The translations under genes were made by a program, and so were the position numbers. This document shows, in pieces, positions 30,180 through 39,574 of a DNA stretch of 64,000 nucleotides. Under the pieces are notes generated by a model. The model ran no database searches. It was not told where the DNA came from and saw nothing but the letters and a program-made list of their open reading frames with translations. Within the stretch, counting starts at the first letter, position 1, and each line of letters opens with the position of its first letter. Source of the DNA: a virus (lineage: Duplodnaviria > Heunggongvirae > Uroviricota > Caudoviricetes); the IMG/VR virus record IMGVR_UViG_3300014208_000001, positions 101,318-165,317 of that record. One strand, given 5' to 3'.

Positions 30180-30455
30180 ATGGCCGTCAGATCACATGTC
30201 GCAACAATAATGATTCAAAATGTGGATGCCGCAGGTGTCCGTATCGATAAAAATAATTCATCATTCAATGATATACGTGCTACATCAGAAATGAAGCACT
30301 TAATCAAACCAGATGCGACCATAGCAAATTCAGCAAATTGGCCAACACTAGAATCATATATTGCGGCAGAAGCCACCGATAATTATATTTTAGGACATTT
30401 AAGCCAATACATAATAGTAACATATCATGCCGGCGATATAAACTCAGCCACTTAA
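30180..30455 (+). CDS. Hypothetical protein (91 aa)
   Basis: AGGAG SD before the ATG at 30180, so the start is shorter than the ORF track call. Confidence 0.75.
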   Translation: MAVRSHVATIMIQNVDAAGVRIDKNNSSFNDIRATSEMKHLIKPDATIANSANWPTLESYIAAEATDNYILGHLSQYIIVTYHAGDINSAT

Positions 30456-30931
30456 TCTAAATATTTAGCTATAATATTTTGATGCGTAACTTTAATCATT
30501 TTAATCGGTAAACAATATAATGCTTCTATATCGTATACATATTGAACGTGAATATCTACTGGTTTAATACAACCAACTGTACGTCCTATTGATAGCATTA
30601 ATTCTATATCTTTTTCGCCTTCGGTAAACGTAAACCAATCACTTGGTTTAGTACTAAAATAATATAATGCATTGCTTAATTCAAGATTGTTTAAACTAGT
30701 AACATTATATGATGGCGTACGATGTCCAAATTTTGATACTAGCATTTGCTTAATTGGTATTGGATTCACACCAACAAAAGTGTATAAATTTTTAATATTT
30801 GAATTATAAATCCAATCATCATATTCATATTGATATTTTATCGCATCTTTCAAAGATAAAAACACAAATCCAGGAATCCTGTTCATCACAGGATCGTCAG
30901 ACATCATCCATTTATAATAACGTCTGCCCAT
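30452..30931 (-). CDS. Hypothetical protein (159 aa)
   Basis: Uninterrupted ORF with protein-like composition. Confidence 0.65.
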   Translation of the reverse strand: MGRRYYKWMMSDDPVMNRIPGFVFLSLKDAIKYQYEYDDWIYNSNIKNLYTFVGVNPIPIKQMLVSKFGHRTPSYNVTSLNNLELSNALYYFSTKPSDWFTFTEGEKDIELMLSIGRTVGCIKPVDIHVQYVYDIEALYCLPIKMIKVTHQNIIAKYLD

Positions 30932-31061
30932 ACCATATATTTATCGCAAACATATTAGCCACGTTTATGGAATATATATAATACCGCCGCCGCTGGTATA
31001 ATTACCATACTCATTTTAAACGCTATATGCATAAATAACGTCATGAAACCTCTAATGTTAC

Positions 31062-31736
31062 TTATTCGTAACCTAATCGTTCAATCATACGTTGAACAAT
31101 GCCACTTCTAACAACATCTTTTTGTGTAAGCATAGCGATACCGACACCATCAAGACCAGCTAATTTTTCAATACAATATGTTAAACCACATTTTTCTCTA
31201 ATATCGCTTTGTTTAGTGTCACCACACATCACTAATTTACTATTATCACCCATTCTTGAAACAAACATTTTACATTGCATAATAGATGCATTCTGGAATT
31301 CATCTCCAATTATGAATGCATTTTTAAATGTTCTACCTCTCATATATGCTAACGGCACCATTTCTATCATTCCTTTATATCTGGTATATTCATCTTTCGT
31401 TAAGAATGATGAAAATGCATCATATAATGGTTGCATATATGGTGATGCTTTATCTTCTGCGGTGCCCGGCAAATATCCCAAATGTTCGCCGGTACTGACA
31501 ATTGGTCTAGATATTACTATTTTTTGAATTTTATTTTGAAGTAATAATTCGACGGCATATCCTACTGCCATCCATGTTTTACCAGTCCCAGGTGCTCCAG
31601 CGCATAACGTTACAATATTATTTTGTAGATTTTCTAGATAATTTCGCTGTCCGGGAGTCAAACATTTAAGTTTTCTGTCGTTCTGTGTTAGAGTAGGTGA
31701 TTGGTCAGAATGAGTCTCTCTTTTCCGTCGTGCCAC
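31062..31736 (-). CDS. phoH: PhoH family ATPase
   Basis: GAPGTGKT, LGYLPG, LAYMRGRTF, DEFQNA, GDTKQSD, DVVRSGIV. Confidence 0.95.
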   Translation of the reverse strand: MARRKRETHSDQSPTLTQNDRKLKCLTPGQRNYLENLQNNIVTLCAGAPGTGKTWMAVGYAVELLLQNKIQKIVISRPIVSTGEHLGYLPGTAEDKASPYMQPLYDAFSSFLTKDEYTRYKGMIEMVPLAYMRGRTFKNAFIIGDEFQNASIMQCKMFVSRMGDNSKLVMCGDTKQSDIREKCGLTYCIEKLAGLDGVGIAMLTQKDVVRSGIVQRMIERLGYE

Positions 31737-31820
31737 TTTATATCCTTTTAAATGACTTAAAGGACTCTAAAATATTTTACGGCGGAAAACCGAAATCATA
31801 AATTCTGTATTATACCTCTA

Positions 31821-32954
31821 TTATCGATTTGTTAAAGCAAAATTCTCAATCGCATCGGCTAAACTAACTGTACTACCAGTAACCGCAATAACTGGCTTAG
31901 ACCCCATAGCATTTTTAGCAGCATTTTGAATACTGACTGGCGTGAATGACGATGCTATGAACAATACATCATTCGATGACATACCACTTAAATTATTCTT
32001 CTCAAATCCCTGAATAACCAAATCAGAAAATTTACCTTTTAATTTTTCTATTTGACTATTAATAAGCCCAACGATAGCAATCCGTAATTTTCTACTTTCA
32101 TGCTTTACAACAGGCTTAACAATATTTGAATTATTAGTGGCCGTATTTGGATTAGCATTAGCATTGGCTGCGCGTTGAACAGCAGTCAAATATGCTGTGC
32201 TCAAAACACTAACAGGAAACACTTCAGCCAACATATCAACTGGCATAGCACTGGTAAGGATTTTCAAAAAAGCAACATCTGAAAATCTATCTGCGATAGC
32301 CGCGACAACTTCATTGTTTGGTAAAGTGGCTACCATTGCTTGTGGTTTACATTGATCAAGCAATTCTTCCATTGCTTCGACATTTTGCTCTAATTCTTTT
32401 ATTTTGACGATTTTATCTTGTAACGAAGAGATACTCGTTAACATTTTATTATCGATTTTTGAAATCAATTTACATAATTCACGCACTTGTGCAGTGCCAC
32501 ATAATTTTCGTTGCCTATTAGGTGGCAACACTTGCATAGACATATTAGCCAATTCTGCGATTGACGCATCAGGATTATTAACACGTTCGCGCCATATACG
32601 TTCAGCCAAAATATTTTTTTCTTGATCAGTCCACACAACTCTAGTTAATTTTCGCTTCTTTATTTGCGTTTGCGTTTGCGTATGCGTATGCGTATGCGTA
32701 TGAGTATCATCTTTTTTAAATGGAATATTCAAAGTGACCAATGCCACAGCAAGATCACCAGTTACTCCCATTCGCTTCACAGCAGCATCATAAAACCATG
32801 TTTTATTAATATCTATTCCACGTAATTTCAATTCCTTAACTAATTGGATGCGGGTATCTCTGTCGGCTTCTCGTAATTCTCGAGTGAAGAATCGACGCTC
32901 CCCAGATCTTGGAGACGTCAACATTCTAATCATCTTCTCGATACTACTAATCAT
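31821..32954 (-). CDS. Hypothetical protein (377 aa), possible DNA-binding helical domain and coiled coil
   Basis: WTDQEKNILA helix, coiled coil, (TH)n(TQ)n tract. Confidence 0.7.
   Translation of the reverse strand: MISSIEKMIRMLTSPRSGERRFFTRELREADRDTRIQLVKELKLRGIDINKTWFYDAAVKRMGVTGDLAVALVTLNIPFKKDDTHTHTHTHTQTQTQIKKRKLTRVVWTDQEKNILAERIWRERVNNPDASIAELANMSMQVLPPNRQRKLCGTAQVRELCKLISKIDNKMLTSISSLQDKIVKIKELEQNVEAMEELLDQCKPQAMVATLPNNEVVAAIADRFSDVAFLKILTSAMPVDMLAEVFPVSVLSTAYLTAVQRAANANANPNTATNNSNIVKPVVKHESRKLRIAIVGLINSQIEKLKGKFSDLVIQGFEKNNLSGMSSNDVLFIASSFTPVSIQNAAKNAMGSKPVIAVTGSTVSLADAIENFALTNR
32663..32706. repeat. In-frame hexanucleotide microsatellite (TGCGT[T/A])n, about 7 copies
   Basis: Encodes THTHTHTHTQTQTQ. 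Confidence 0.9.
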
Positions 32955-32976
32955 AACATCCCAATACTTGAAGTAC

Positions 32977-33486
32977 TTATTTCCTGATGATGGTTAGGTA
33001 GACCGCAACAGCTTCATTGACTAAACTCTGCGGGTCTGTCCCAATCGCATCGGCAATCTCAACCAGATTCTTGCAAATATCGTCTCTGATCGTAAATTTC
33101 GTTAGGCCGCTAGTCGTACACGATTCACTGGATATTATAGAAATTCTAGGCTTTTTCGAACGTGATCTCGTCGTATTATGGCTGCGTCTCTTAGTATTCC
33201 CGGTTAATATAGTATTCACTATCATAGCATGATGTTTAGTGATATTGAAATCACTATTAATAAATTCTTCTAATGTTTTATTAGTGCGTATAAGCGACGA
33301 TGTAAACCATGACCCATTAATATGATGACCTATTTTATCGACAATGATTCTTCTACTCGATGGCGATAAAGCTTTCATAATAGTCGTAAAAGACACCCTA
33401 TTAAATCTTGAATTACCATAAAACAATTCAACGACACGATTAATAGTATTTTCATCAGCCGCAACAGTAACATCAGCAGACATCAA
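32977..33486 (-). CDS. Hypothetical protein with a C-terminal ribbon-helix-helix-like motif
   Basis: TKFTIRDDICKNLVEIADAIGTDPQSLVNEAVAVYL. Confidence 0.55.
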   Translation of the reverse strand: MMSADVTVAADENTINRVVELFYGNSRFNRVSFTTIMKALSPSSRRIIVDKIGHHINGSWFTSSLIRTNKTLEEFINSDFNITKHHAMIVNTILTGNTKRRSHNTTRSRSKKPRISIISSESCTTSGLTKFTIRDDICKNLVEIADAIGTDPQSLVNEAVAVYLTIIRK

Positions 33487-33558
33487 ATTTTCTCCATAGC
33501 ATTCACATTGAAAAAACTACGTTGAAGCAGCAAATACACATCAGGTTGGAAAGTAATT

Positions 33559-33873
33559 ATGCAACAAACCAGAGCGACCCATACCAAAAACGTAATAATT
33601 GAATCACTAAGTCATGAAATTATAACTAACTTTGATACTTATGAATTAGAAAATATTATGGATGTTCATAATTGTGCACAATTCAAACTATTCACAAATA
33701 AAAAATCAGTACTATTCACAATTCTAACATATAAAAATACTGTATCGATACGTTGTAATGTTTGCCAAAATGATGCGCAAGCATCATATGAATACATGGA
33801 ATTTTCTATATTAGATGATTTTTCAGATCAGATCAAAAATTTAATATCTAAAATACTCACTTCCATCAATTAA
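33559..33873 (+). CDS. Hypothetical protein (104 aa)
   Basis: Uninterrupted ORF. Confidence 0.55.
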   Translation: MQQTRATHTKNVIIESLSHEIITNFDTYELENIMDVHNCAQFKLFTNKKSVLFTILTYKNTVSIRCNVCQNDAQASYEYMEFSILDDFSDQIKNLISKILTSIN

Positions 33874-34383
33874 TTTATCTGTTAAATTTCTCTTCAATTC
33901 TTCGATTTCTTTCCTATCGAAAGCACTTTTACGACCTCTAGTTCTGCCAGATATATGTAAATCAATATATCTCCTGGCACTATCGTCGTTACCATGATGA
34001 TGGTAATATTTTGCAGCAACAAATAAGCAATCATTATGAACAGATCTTGCCCAACCAATACCTTCACAACACTGATTATTCATAATAGTAATTTGATCAT
34101 TTTTAATAAACTGATTCAATAATTCAATAGAATCATGAGATTTAAATAGTATATTGCTAGCGTGTAATACACATTCTGGACAATTAGGTGCTAATTTGAT
34201 CGCTTCTAATGCTATAAGTGATGCTGTCGGATTATCAATTTTATATAATGCTCTGGCATATTGAAACATAAACCAGTGATTGGTCTTGTGTTTATCGTAA
34301 AAGAAATCGAATCGTTGTATTGATACTTTCCATGTTTTATTTTTAATATGATCAAGTATCACTGGTAATTTTTTATGAGTCAT
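33841..34383 (-). CDS. TPR-like helical protein
   Basis: FQYARALYK...ALEAIKLAPNCPE. Confidence 0.55.
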   Translation of the reverse strand: MTHKKLPVILDHIKNKTWKVSIQRFDFFYDKHKTNHWFMFQYARALYKIDNPTASLIALEAIKLAPNCPECVLHASNILFKSHDSIELLNQFIKNDQITIMNNQCCEGIGWARSVHNDCLFVAAKYYHHHGNDDSARRYIDLHISGRTRGRKSAFDRKEIEELKRNLTDKLIDGSEYFRY

Positions 34384-34910
34384 TGCTTGATTATCTTACA
34401 AATTCCTACTTCTGAATCTAATATAGTATCGATAGTCCATCCGCATTGTGTATTTAATATCTCTCTCATACACCTACATTTTTCTGATTTCCAATCATGC
34501 ATAATTATGCATGATTTTGACCGCATCATATTATTTAAGCAGTTAAAAGCGCGTAATGTATAATCTCCGTCTTCTGGCCCATCTATAAATGCAAAATCTA
34601 TAATATTAATATTTAATTTAGGAAATTCAGTTAAAAAATCACCAAGATATGATCTTACATATTCTATTACGCCAGCAGCTCGTAAATGTCCAATAGCTTC
34701 ATCTCTGAATTCTGGATTTATTTCGAATGTGTGTAATAAACCTCTATTATTTGATTTTAATGCTGAAGATGTGTAGTACGTACTACCCATTCCTTTCCAT
34801 GTGCCTATTTCGACTAGCACAGATGGTTTCATTGATATTACTGTGTCATATAATAGTTTTCTTTCTTCTGGGTGTAATTGGCCAATATCCCTATTGATAG
34901 TAAAATCCAT
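34380..34910 (-). CDS. Class I SAM methyltransferase (Methyltransf_24-like)
   Basis: [19 protein letters not shown] and IIMHDW; likely ATG at 34910. Confidence 0.85.
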   Translation of the reverse strand: MDFTINRDIGQLHPEERKLLYDTVISMKPSVLVEIGTWKGMGSTYYTSSALKSNNRGLLHTFEINPEFRDEAIGHLRAAGVIEYVRSYLGDFLTEFPKLNINIIDFAFIDGPEDGDYTLRAFNCLNNMMRSKSCIIMHDWKSEKCRCMREILNTQCGWTIDTILDSEVGICKIIKQ

Positions 34911-34928
34911 TCGTGTGCCTTTCAAAAG

Positions 34929-35013
34929 CGGAGTCTAAGGGATTCGAACCCTTGATACCTTACGGCATGGCGGTTTTCAAGACCGCTGCATTTAACCACT
35001 CTGCCAAGACTCC
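34929..35013 (-). tRNA. tRNA-Ser(UGA)
   Basis: GGAGTCT/AGACTCC acceptor, G73, anticodon arm GCGGT-CTTGAAA-ACCGC, long variable arm, TTCGAAT T-loop; CCA not encoded. Confidence 0.95.
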
Positions 35014-35135
35014 GAATTTATTCACGCATTACCCAATATAATACTCATCATATCCTTCCATTGATACTTCACTCTTAGCATTAATTTTATCAAATGGGAT
35101 CATCCAAGCATCTTGTTTAGAGCCATAGAAAAACC

Positions 35136-35224
35136 AGTAAAAACGGCAGGATTCGAACCTGCAAGATCATCACGATCCACCGGGGTACAAAGCCGGTTCC
35201 TCATCCAACCGGATCGCTTTTACT
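35136..35224 (-). tRNA. Atypical tRNA-like element (extended acceptor stem, long variable arm, probable UGU anticodon)
   Basis: GCAGG-TTCGAAT-CCTGC T arm; AGTAAAAGCG/CGTTTTTACT stem; ACCGG-CTTTGTACC-CCGGT arm; GATC-GTGAT-GATC variable arm. Confidence 0.6.
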
Positions 35225-35226
35225 AA

Positions 35227-35649
35227 TTACTCAGAGAAACATGCATAAGACATCAACATTCCACGTAACACACCAAAAGTGTAATCAACAATGTTAATCG
35301 ATTGAAATTCGCCTTTAAGTGAATACATGTTATTCACACACAAAATTCTATTATCAACAGTAACTTTAATTTCAAACTCACTCTTTCTATAAATAATCAT
35401 CATACCATGGCCATCATATTTTGCATATACTATATATGATCTATTACTAACTGCAAAATACGTTAATAAATCATTCAATATTATAGTCTCAATATCTGGC
35501 AATATATCATACGCCGTTAGAATATCACTATGATAGTCACTCATATAATAATTACTTTTTAATAAATGGAAGCCACCGCATATACATTTAATATAAATAC
35601 TCTTATTAGATATATAAAATCGATCACTTATTCTGGCACATTGATTCAT
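35227..35649 (-). CDS. Member of the expanded ILND small-protein family
   Basis: IETIILNDLLTYF; C-terminal NIVDY. Confidence 0.65.
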   Translation of the reverse strand: MNQCARISDRFYISNKSIYIKCICGGFHLLKSNYYMSDYHSDILTAYDILPDIETIILNDLLTYFAVSNRSYIVYAKYDGHGMMIIYRKSEFEIKVTVDNRILCVNNMYSLKGEFQSINIVDYTFGVLRGMLMSYACFSE

Positions 35650-35679
35650 ATATTGTCATTGCTAACTTTTAAAAATTCG

Positions 35680-36771
35680 TTAAATCACTTTATTTTTAAC
35701 ATGTTCCCAAACCATTTCAGATATATCATCGATATCACCAGACATATCTAACTTCACGTAACCTTTTTCTTTTGGTAATAATTCACAATATTTAGCATCC
35801 AATTTATCAGTATATAACTCTAAATTTTTATTAGGACTTCTACTTAATTTTAAATCTTCCCCGTTGCCATAATAACTATGCTCTTTTCTATTAGTCACTC
35901 TTCTCATTACAGTTTTAACTGGTGCATAACAGTGAAATATTATGTTAGGTTTACGTATGCCTTTATAAATATCGCTTATTAATTTTCTACTAACACCTCT
36001 TAATTCATCTCTCGCATGACTAGTATAATAATACCTATCACACACAACCACTTTACCTTCTTGTAGAGCAGGTTCTATTTCAGTTAAATATCTATACCAT
36101 AAATCAGCAGAGTGCATTAAAGTGAATAGTATCGGATACATTTCTTTTTTATTTTTTAATTTTTTAATAGCTGGGTGTATAGGTTTTGAACTATTCCAAC
36201 ATGTGTTAATAAATGAAATAGATTCATTTTTCAATTTTTTACATAAATTACTAGTTTGTGTACTTTTACCAGCGCCATCCACACCCTCAAATACAATTAA
36301 TACACCTTTATCGGCAGATTCATTTAATATTCGTGGTCTTATAATTGATTCACCAAGAATATCTTTAGCTATTTTAGTAACTATTGAATTTTGTGAAAAT
36401 GCTATAGTTGGCATTTTAGATAAATTAAACCATCTATATTGTGAAGCATCAGATCCTATTTTAATTTTAGCATCATCTGGAACAACGCAACCATATAGAT
36501 ATTGTTTATGGCATCGACCTTCAATTGGTGATCCATTACATATAAATTCTGGATCACATTCTAATCCTGTTTCTTCATTTACTTCTCGTATAGCTGCGTG
36601 TAATTTGTCTTCGCCTTTCTTTAGATGTCCTCCAGGCACATCCCATTCACCTATCCCTGGCGCTCGCTTCCTACGAACCAATAATACTTGTGGGCCATCT
36701 TGTGTTGCTTTTAATACTATCACACTACTAACTTCTTGTATATCGCTTTCACATATCATATATAATTTCAT
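35680..36771 (-). CDS. Nudix hydrolase-thymidylate kinase-like fusion
   Basis: Nudix box GGHLKKGEDKLHAAIREVNEETG; P-loop FEGVDGAGKSTQ; VCDRYYYT; likely ATG at 36771 (MKLYMICES). Confidence 0.9.
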   Translation of the reverse strand: MKLYMICESDIQEVSSVIVLKATQDGPQVLLVRRKRAPGIGEWDVPGGHLKKGEDKLHAAIREVNEETGLECDPEFICNGSPIEGRCHKQYLYGCVVPDDAKIKIGSDASQYRWFNLSKMPTIAFSQNSIVTKIAKDILGESIIRPRILNESADKGVLIVFEGVDGAGKSTQTSNLCKKLKNESISFINTCWNSSKPIHPAIKKLKNKKEMYPILFTLMHSADLWYRYLTEIEPALQEGKVVVCDRYYYTSHARDELRGVSRKLISDIYKGIRKPNIIFHCYAPVKTVMRRVTNRKEHSYYGNGEDLKLSRSPNKNLELYTDKLDAKYCELLPKEKGYVKLDMSGDIDDISEMVWEHVKNKVI

Positions 36772-36809
36772 TGTGATTTCCAATTACCAAATACAATATA
36801 TTTGAATAG

Positions 36810-36834
36810 CTCCCACGGTAGGATTCGGACCTAC
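36810..36834 (-). pseudogene. 3' remnant of a tRNA (T arm plus acceptor 3' strand, Asn-like end)
   Basis: GTAGG-TCCGAAT-CCTAC-CGTGGGA-G; no matching 5' half seen nearby. Confidence 0.55.
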
Positions 36835-37364
36835 CTGTGATGATTTTTCATTCTTTTCCGAACAGCATTATCAGTAACGCCAAACATCCTACCAACTTCA
36901 CAATATGAATATCGCTCTAGAAGTTCTGGTAAATTATTAGGCCAATCGATTTTATTTGCTTTTTTTGCGGCGCATTTATAAGAACACGTCACATTATAAA
37001 AAGATTTAGGATCTCCGCAGATAGGACACTTATCAATTCTTTTTTCTATATAAGGCCAGTTAGCGTATTCTTCATTAAATTTATTAATATTATCTGGGAT
37101 TTTAGTGATCCCAGCATGAACTTCCCTATGGCAATTTGCGCAAAGCATAACACATTTTCTTAATTCAATCAATATCTTATCCCATGCTCTAGCATTCTTT
37201 AATAATTTCCCAAATGCAAAATCTTTATCATTTGGATCTAAATGATGCAATTCCAAAGCGCCATTACATTTATTATAACTACAAATCCCACAAAGACCAC
37301 CAAATGATTCAACAATTATCATTTTAAACTTTTTACGCCATTTTTTAATCGCTTCTGCCGACAT
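36831..37364 (-). CDS. HNH endonuclease with C-terminal HTH
   Basis: CGIC...LELHHLDP...LCANCHREVH; SYCEVGRMFGVTDNAVRKR; ATG at 37364. Confidence 0.9.
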   Translation of the reverse strand: MSAEAIKKWRKKFKMIIVESFGGLCGICSYNKCNGALELHHLDPNDKDFAFGKLLKNARAWDKILIELRKCVMLCANCHREVHAGITKIPDNINKFNEEYANWPYIEKRIDKCPICGDPKSFYNVTCSYKCAAKKANKIDWPNNLPELLERYSYCEVGRMFGVTDNAVRKRMKNHHR

Positions 37365-37425
37365 TTCGAACCCCAAAACATCACTTTACATATTTTTGCG
37401 TAAAAGTTCAAGCGTTACATTTTAC

Positions 37426-37761
37426 TTAAAACCACGTATGAATTCTATTCCACTTAAAAGCATACGTATCTTTAATAATCCTATACAGCACATTATATTG
37501 ATAATCAATATAATTGATTTTAAAATACGAATGATATGACAATGAATGTGACATTACACCAATAATATGTATAATTTCGCATGAAGGAATATATTTATGA
37601 CATTTAATTTCCAATAATGATATCTCTGAAGAGTACCATATATTTTTACCAATGTGAATTATTAGATAATTATCATAATCATGTGAAATTTTGACTGTTA
37701 ATTTAAACTGTTTAGAAATTAATATTACATCATCGATAATTATTTGTTCTATGTCATCCAT
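37426..37761 (-). CDS. ILND family member
   Basis: IEQIIIDDV; NYIDYQYNVL. Confidence 0.6.
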   Translation of the reverse strand: MDDIEQIIIDDVILISKQFKLTVKISHDYDNYLIIHIGKNIWYSSEISLLEIKCHKYIPSCEIIHIIGVMSHSLSYHSYFKINYIDYQYNVLYRIIKDTYAFKWNRIHTWF

Positions 37762-38133
37762 TCATATCCAATCTGGCCTATACACTCTACTAATTATAAT
37801 ATCATCAACATCAAAAACAACATTAGGTATCTTTGTCCAACTATATCCACCACCAATTTCATACATAGTATGATCAATATCAACAGCATACGATTCGTCG
37901 TCATCATACGCAATCATATATGAATGGTCATCACCTTCATGCCCGCCTTCAGTTGATTCTATACCATTTTGACTCATGATATCAGCAAAAGCAGACGATA
38001 TCATATCACAAATACCACCCTCTTCTTCATCCCATTCATCATATATTAATTGGGCAGCACTAACCATTGATGGTCTTAATACCACCAATCGTTTACGTAA
38101 ATCATGTGATTCATTAATTAATGATATTTTCAT
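37762..38133 (-). CDS. Probable head-packaged protein with a Cys-His-Asp motif order
   Basis: MKISLINES start at 38133; GGICD...DDHSY...AVDID. Confidence 0.55.
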   Translation of the reverse strand: MKISLINESHDLRKRLVVLRPSMVSAAQLIYDEWDEEEGGICDMISSAFADIMSQNGIESTEGGHEGDDHSYMIAYDDDESYAVDIDHTMYEIGGGYSWTKIPNVVFDVDDIIISRVYRPDWI

Positions 38134-38134
38134 A

Positions 38135-38692
38135 TTATATCTTTTCATCTTCATCATTATACCAATAATATTGTCTGACATAATTAACAACTTCATAAAT
38201 ATCAGAAGACGACATTATAGTTGATTCACGGTAGCCTCTACTAGCTATCAATTTTATAATATCATCATAAACATCAATTCTATACGATTCATACTCACTT
38301 AATGTGTGTTCAAAAAGTGGTATTGTTTTACAATCATTATATGGTTTGATGTACGGTATCCACAATTTTAACTCATCTGCTTGTGGTTGTGTCTGATGTC
38401 TTCTAAAACACATTAATTGTATAGATGATTGATTAGTCTTTGGGTTGTAACCAGATTTATAAGTATATTTAAAATACCTATGTAAACAATTCCATGATCT
38501 AAAAACATCTTTCGGTATTGACTCATTTGGAATGTACACTACCATCCACCAATGAATTAATGCTTCAACATCAAAAGCATTATTAACACGTTCGAATAGT
38601 ATATTTCTAAGCATAAGATCATAATCTTCAAACAATTGAAGCTGACCACGATATTTAGCTTTAAATGTATCAAGTATCATTTTACTATCCAT
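38135..38692 (-). CDS. Hypothetical protein (185 aa)
   Basis: Operon spacing. Confidence 0.7.
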   Translation of the reverse strand: MDSKMILDTFKAKYRGQLQLFEDYDLMLRNILFERVNNAFDVEALIHWWMVVYIPNESIPKDVFRSWNCLHRYFKYTYKSGYNPKTNQSSIQLMCFRRHQTQPQADELKLWIPYIKPYNDCKTIPLFEHTLSEYESYRIDVYDDIIKLIASRGYRESTIMSSSDIYEVVNYVRQYYWYNDEDEKI

Positions 38693-39194
38693 TAACGATA
38701 ACCCTTTTAACTAAGTCAGCGATAATTCTTGATTGGTCAAATGCTATTTCAGCATCGTCTATATCAAAGTAATCATTATCATACTTTTTATTTGTTAATC
38801 TTTCTATTTCTTTCTTATCTGATTCATCGTCATTACCAAATGCTGATTTATTTGTTTTATTCCATGGATTTCCATTGCGTGGAATATAAGCACGTAATGT
38901 TTTACCATTTTTGTCTAAATATATGAAAAAATGTACTGGATATTCCCAATCACCACCGGCCACTACACCAATAACAGATAAATTACCAAATCTTTTAGGT
39001 CCAACAATTTTACTGTGGCTAGCACTGTATGGTGCATTATATTCATAATTTTCAAAGTCGAAACTGACTTTACTTATATCATTTCCTATTTTACCTATTG
39101 AGTTAAGTGTATGTCTATCGAAAGTGTTATTGACTAATGCGTCATCTAATTTCGTTAGTAATTCAGATTCTGAAATATCAGCTGCGTATCTCAT
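38685..39194 (-). CDS. Hypothetical protein (169 aa)
   Basis: Operon spacing; AGGDWEYPVHFFIY motif. Confidence 0.7.
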   Translation of the reverse strand: MRYAADISESELLTKLDDALVNNTFDRHTLNSIGKIGNDISKVSFDFENYEYNAPYSASHSKIVGPKRFGNLSVIGVVAGGDWEYPVHFFIYLDKNGKTLRAYIPRNGNPWNKTNKSAFGNDDESDKKEIERLTNKKYDNDYFDIDDAEIAFDQSRIIADLVKRVIVNG

Positions 39195-39574
39195 GATTTA
39201 TCCAACGGGTGTTTAGGAAGCAGTTCTAGTTCAATTGGCCATTGGCCATCGGCAAGCATATTCTTTTTTACACATGGTATTGGTTGCATTTTGCGACGTT
39301 TACAACACCATATTGTTGTGCCCCATTTTGATCGTGATGCTAACCATACGTTTTTAAGTTCTACATATGGAATATATTCAGCATCGGCACATGCATATGC
39401 AAATGTGTCACTGCATAGCACATATAATGCTATACTTGATTCGTTAGTTGGTAATTCAGGATATACTTCACTAGTACCAACGAACACATGCGATTCGTTT
39501 ATTAATTCTTGAACCATATCAGTCGGTTCAAAGTCATCATCATTTAATTCATGATTTGACACAGTTCCACTCAT
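39191..39574 (-). CDS. Hypothetical phage protein (127 aa)
   Basis: Operon spacing; CSDTFAYACADAE motif. Confidence 0.7.
   Translation of the reverse strand: MSGTVSNHELNDDDFEPTDMVQELINESHVFVGTSEVYPELPTNESSIALYVLCSDTFAYACADAEYIPYVELKNVWLASRSKWGTTIWCCKRRKMQPIPCVKKNMLADGQWPIELELLPKHPLDKS

Noticed and set aside
30931-31062. Intergenic gap as a possible ncRNA
   Set aside because: No convincing stable stems or tRNA motifs; more likely promoter DNA.
36122-36805. 227-aa + strand ORF
   Set aside because: Antisense to the well-supported Nudix-Tmk fusion; no motifs.
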